Of a stretch of 64,000 nt of DNA, positions 63,710 to 64,000 are shown piece by piece. This stretch comes from Octopus sinensis (lineage: Eukaryota). Below the pieces are notes generated by a model, which saw only the letters and a list, made by a program, of their open reading frames with translations, searched no databases and had not been told where the DNA came from. Position 1 is the first letter of the stretch; the number at the start of each line of letters is the position of its first letter. The position numbers and the translations under genes were made by a program. The stretch is taken from contig NC_043017.1 in NCBI RefSeq assembly GCF_006345805.1, positions 20,708,001 through 20,772,000 of the forward strand, written 5' to 3'.

Positions 63710-64000
63710 ATTTATATATATATATATATACACATACATATTATATATATTATATATTATATTGTATATTATATATATATATATACATATAGTAACATAT
63801 ATATCTAGTATATATATATACATAATATATATGTGTATAAATTATTATATAATATATATATATATATATATACTATAGTATATCTATATACTATATATAC
63901 ATACATATATATATATACTGCATAACTAAATATATATATATATATATATAAATATACAGATATATATATATTATAATATATATAATATACACATATATAT
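63710..64000. repeat. (TA)n-rich tract
   Basis: Direct reading. Confidence 0.9.

Noticed and set aside
27581-63878. Dozens of ORF-track entries rich in YI/CV/HT/SFIH/poly-D/poly-I
   Set aside because: They are translations of TA, CA, CATT, GAT and TAA microsatellites, with no splice or domain support.

Overview
AT-rich, repeat-dominated animal DNA. The SINE and microsatellite complement points to a coleoid cephalopod, probably an octopus (inference). There is no CRISPR, rRNA or intact tRNA gene, and no host protein-coding gene I can identify. Most ORF-track entries are translations of microsatellites or SINEs. The real coding sequence is retrotransposon-derived: two 5'-truncated copies of an L1/Tx1-clade LINE (8367-9443, 9806-12881, minus), many R4/Dong-clade fragments including a ~2 kb RT-ZnF-REL copy (23993-25995), and RTE and R2/NeSL-like fossils. 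The rest is about four SINE-like families, piggyBac/hAT/Tc1-type MITEs, a Helentron-like element, several foldbacks, long microsatellites, a 100-N gap (45890-45989) and a probable false duplication near 60.3-62.2 kb. The most interesting pattern is that retroelement groups occupy different microsatellites. Tx1 sits in (GATA)n with an identical 3' junction in both copies. Three families (two R4/Dong, one non-coding) sit in (TAA)n. Short, often fold-back, Penelope-like relics sit mostly in (TA)n and carry minimal hammerhead-ribozyme-like motifs, one with a canonical CUGAUGA core and a four-copy family with a variant CUGU(A/G)GA core. All motifs were read by eye and element ends are approximate.
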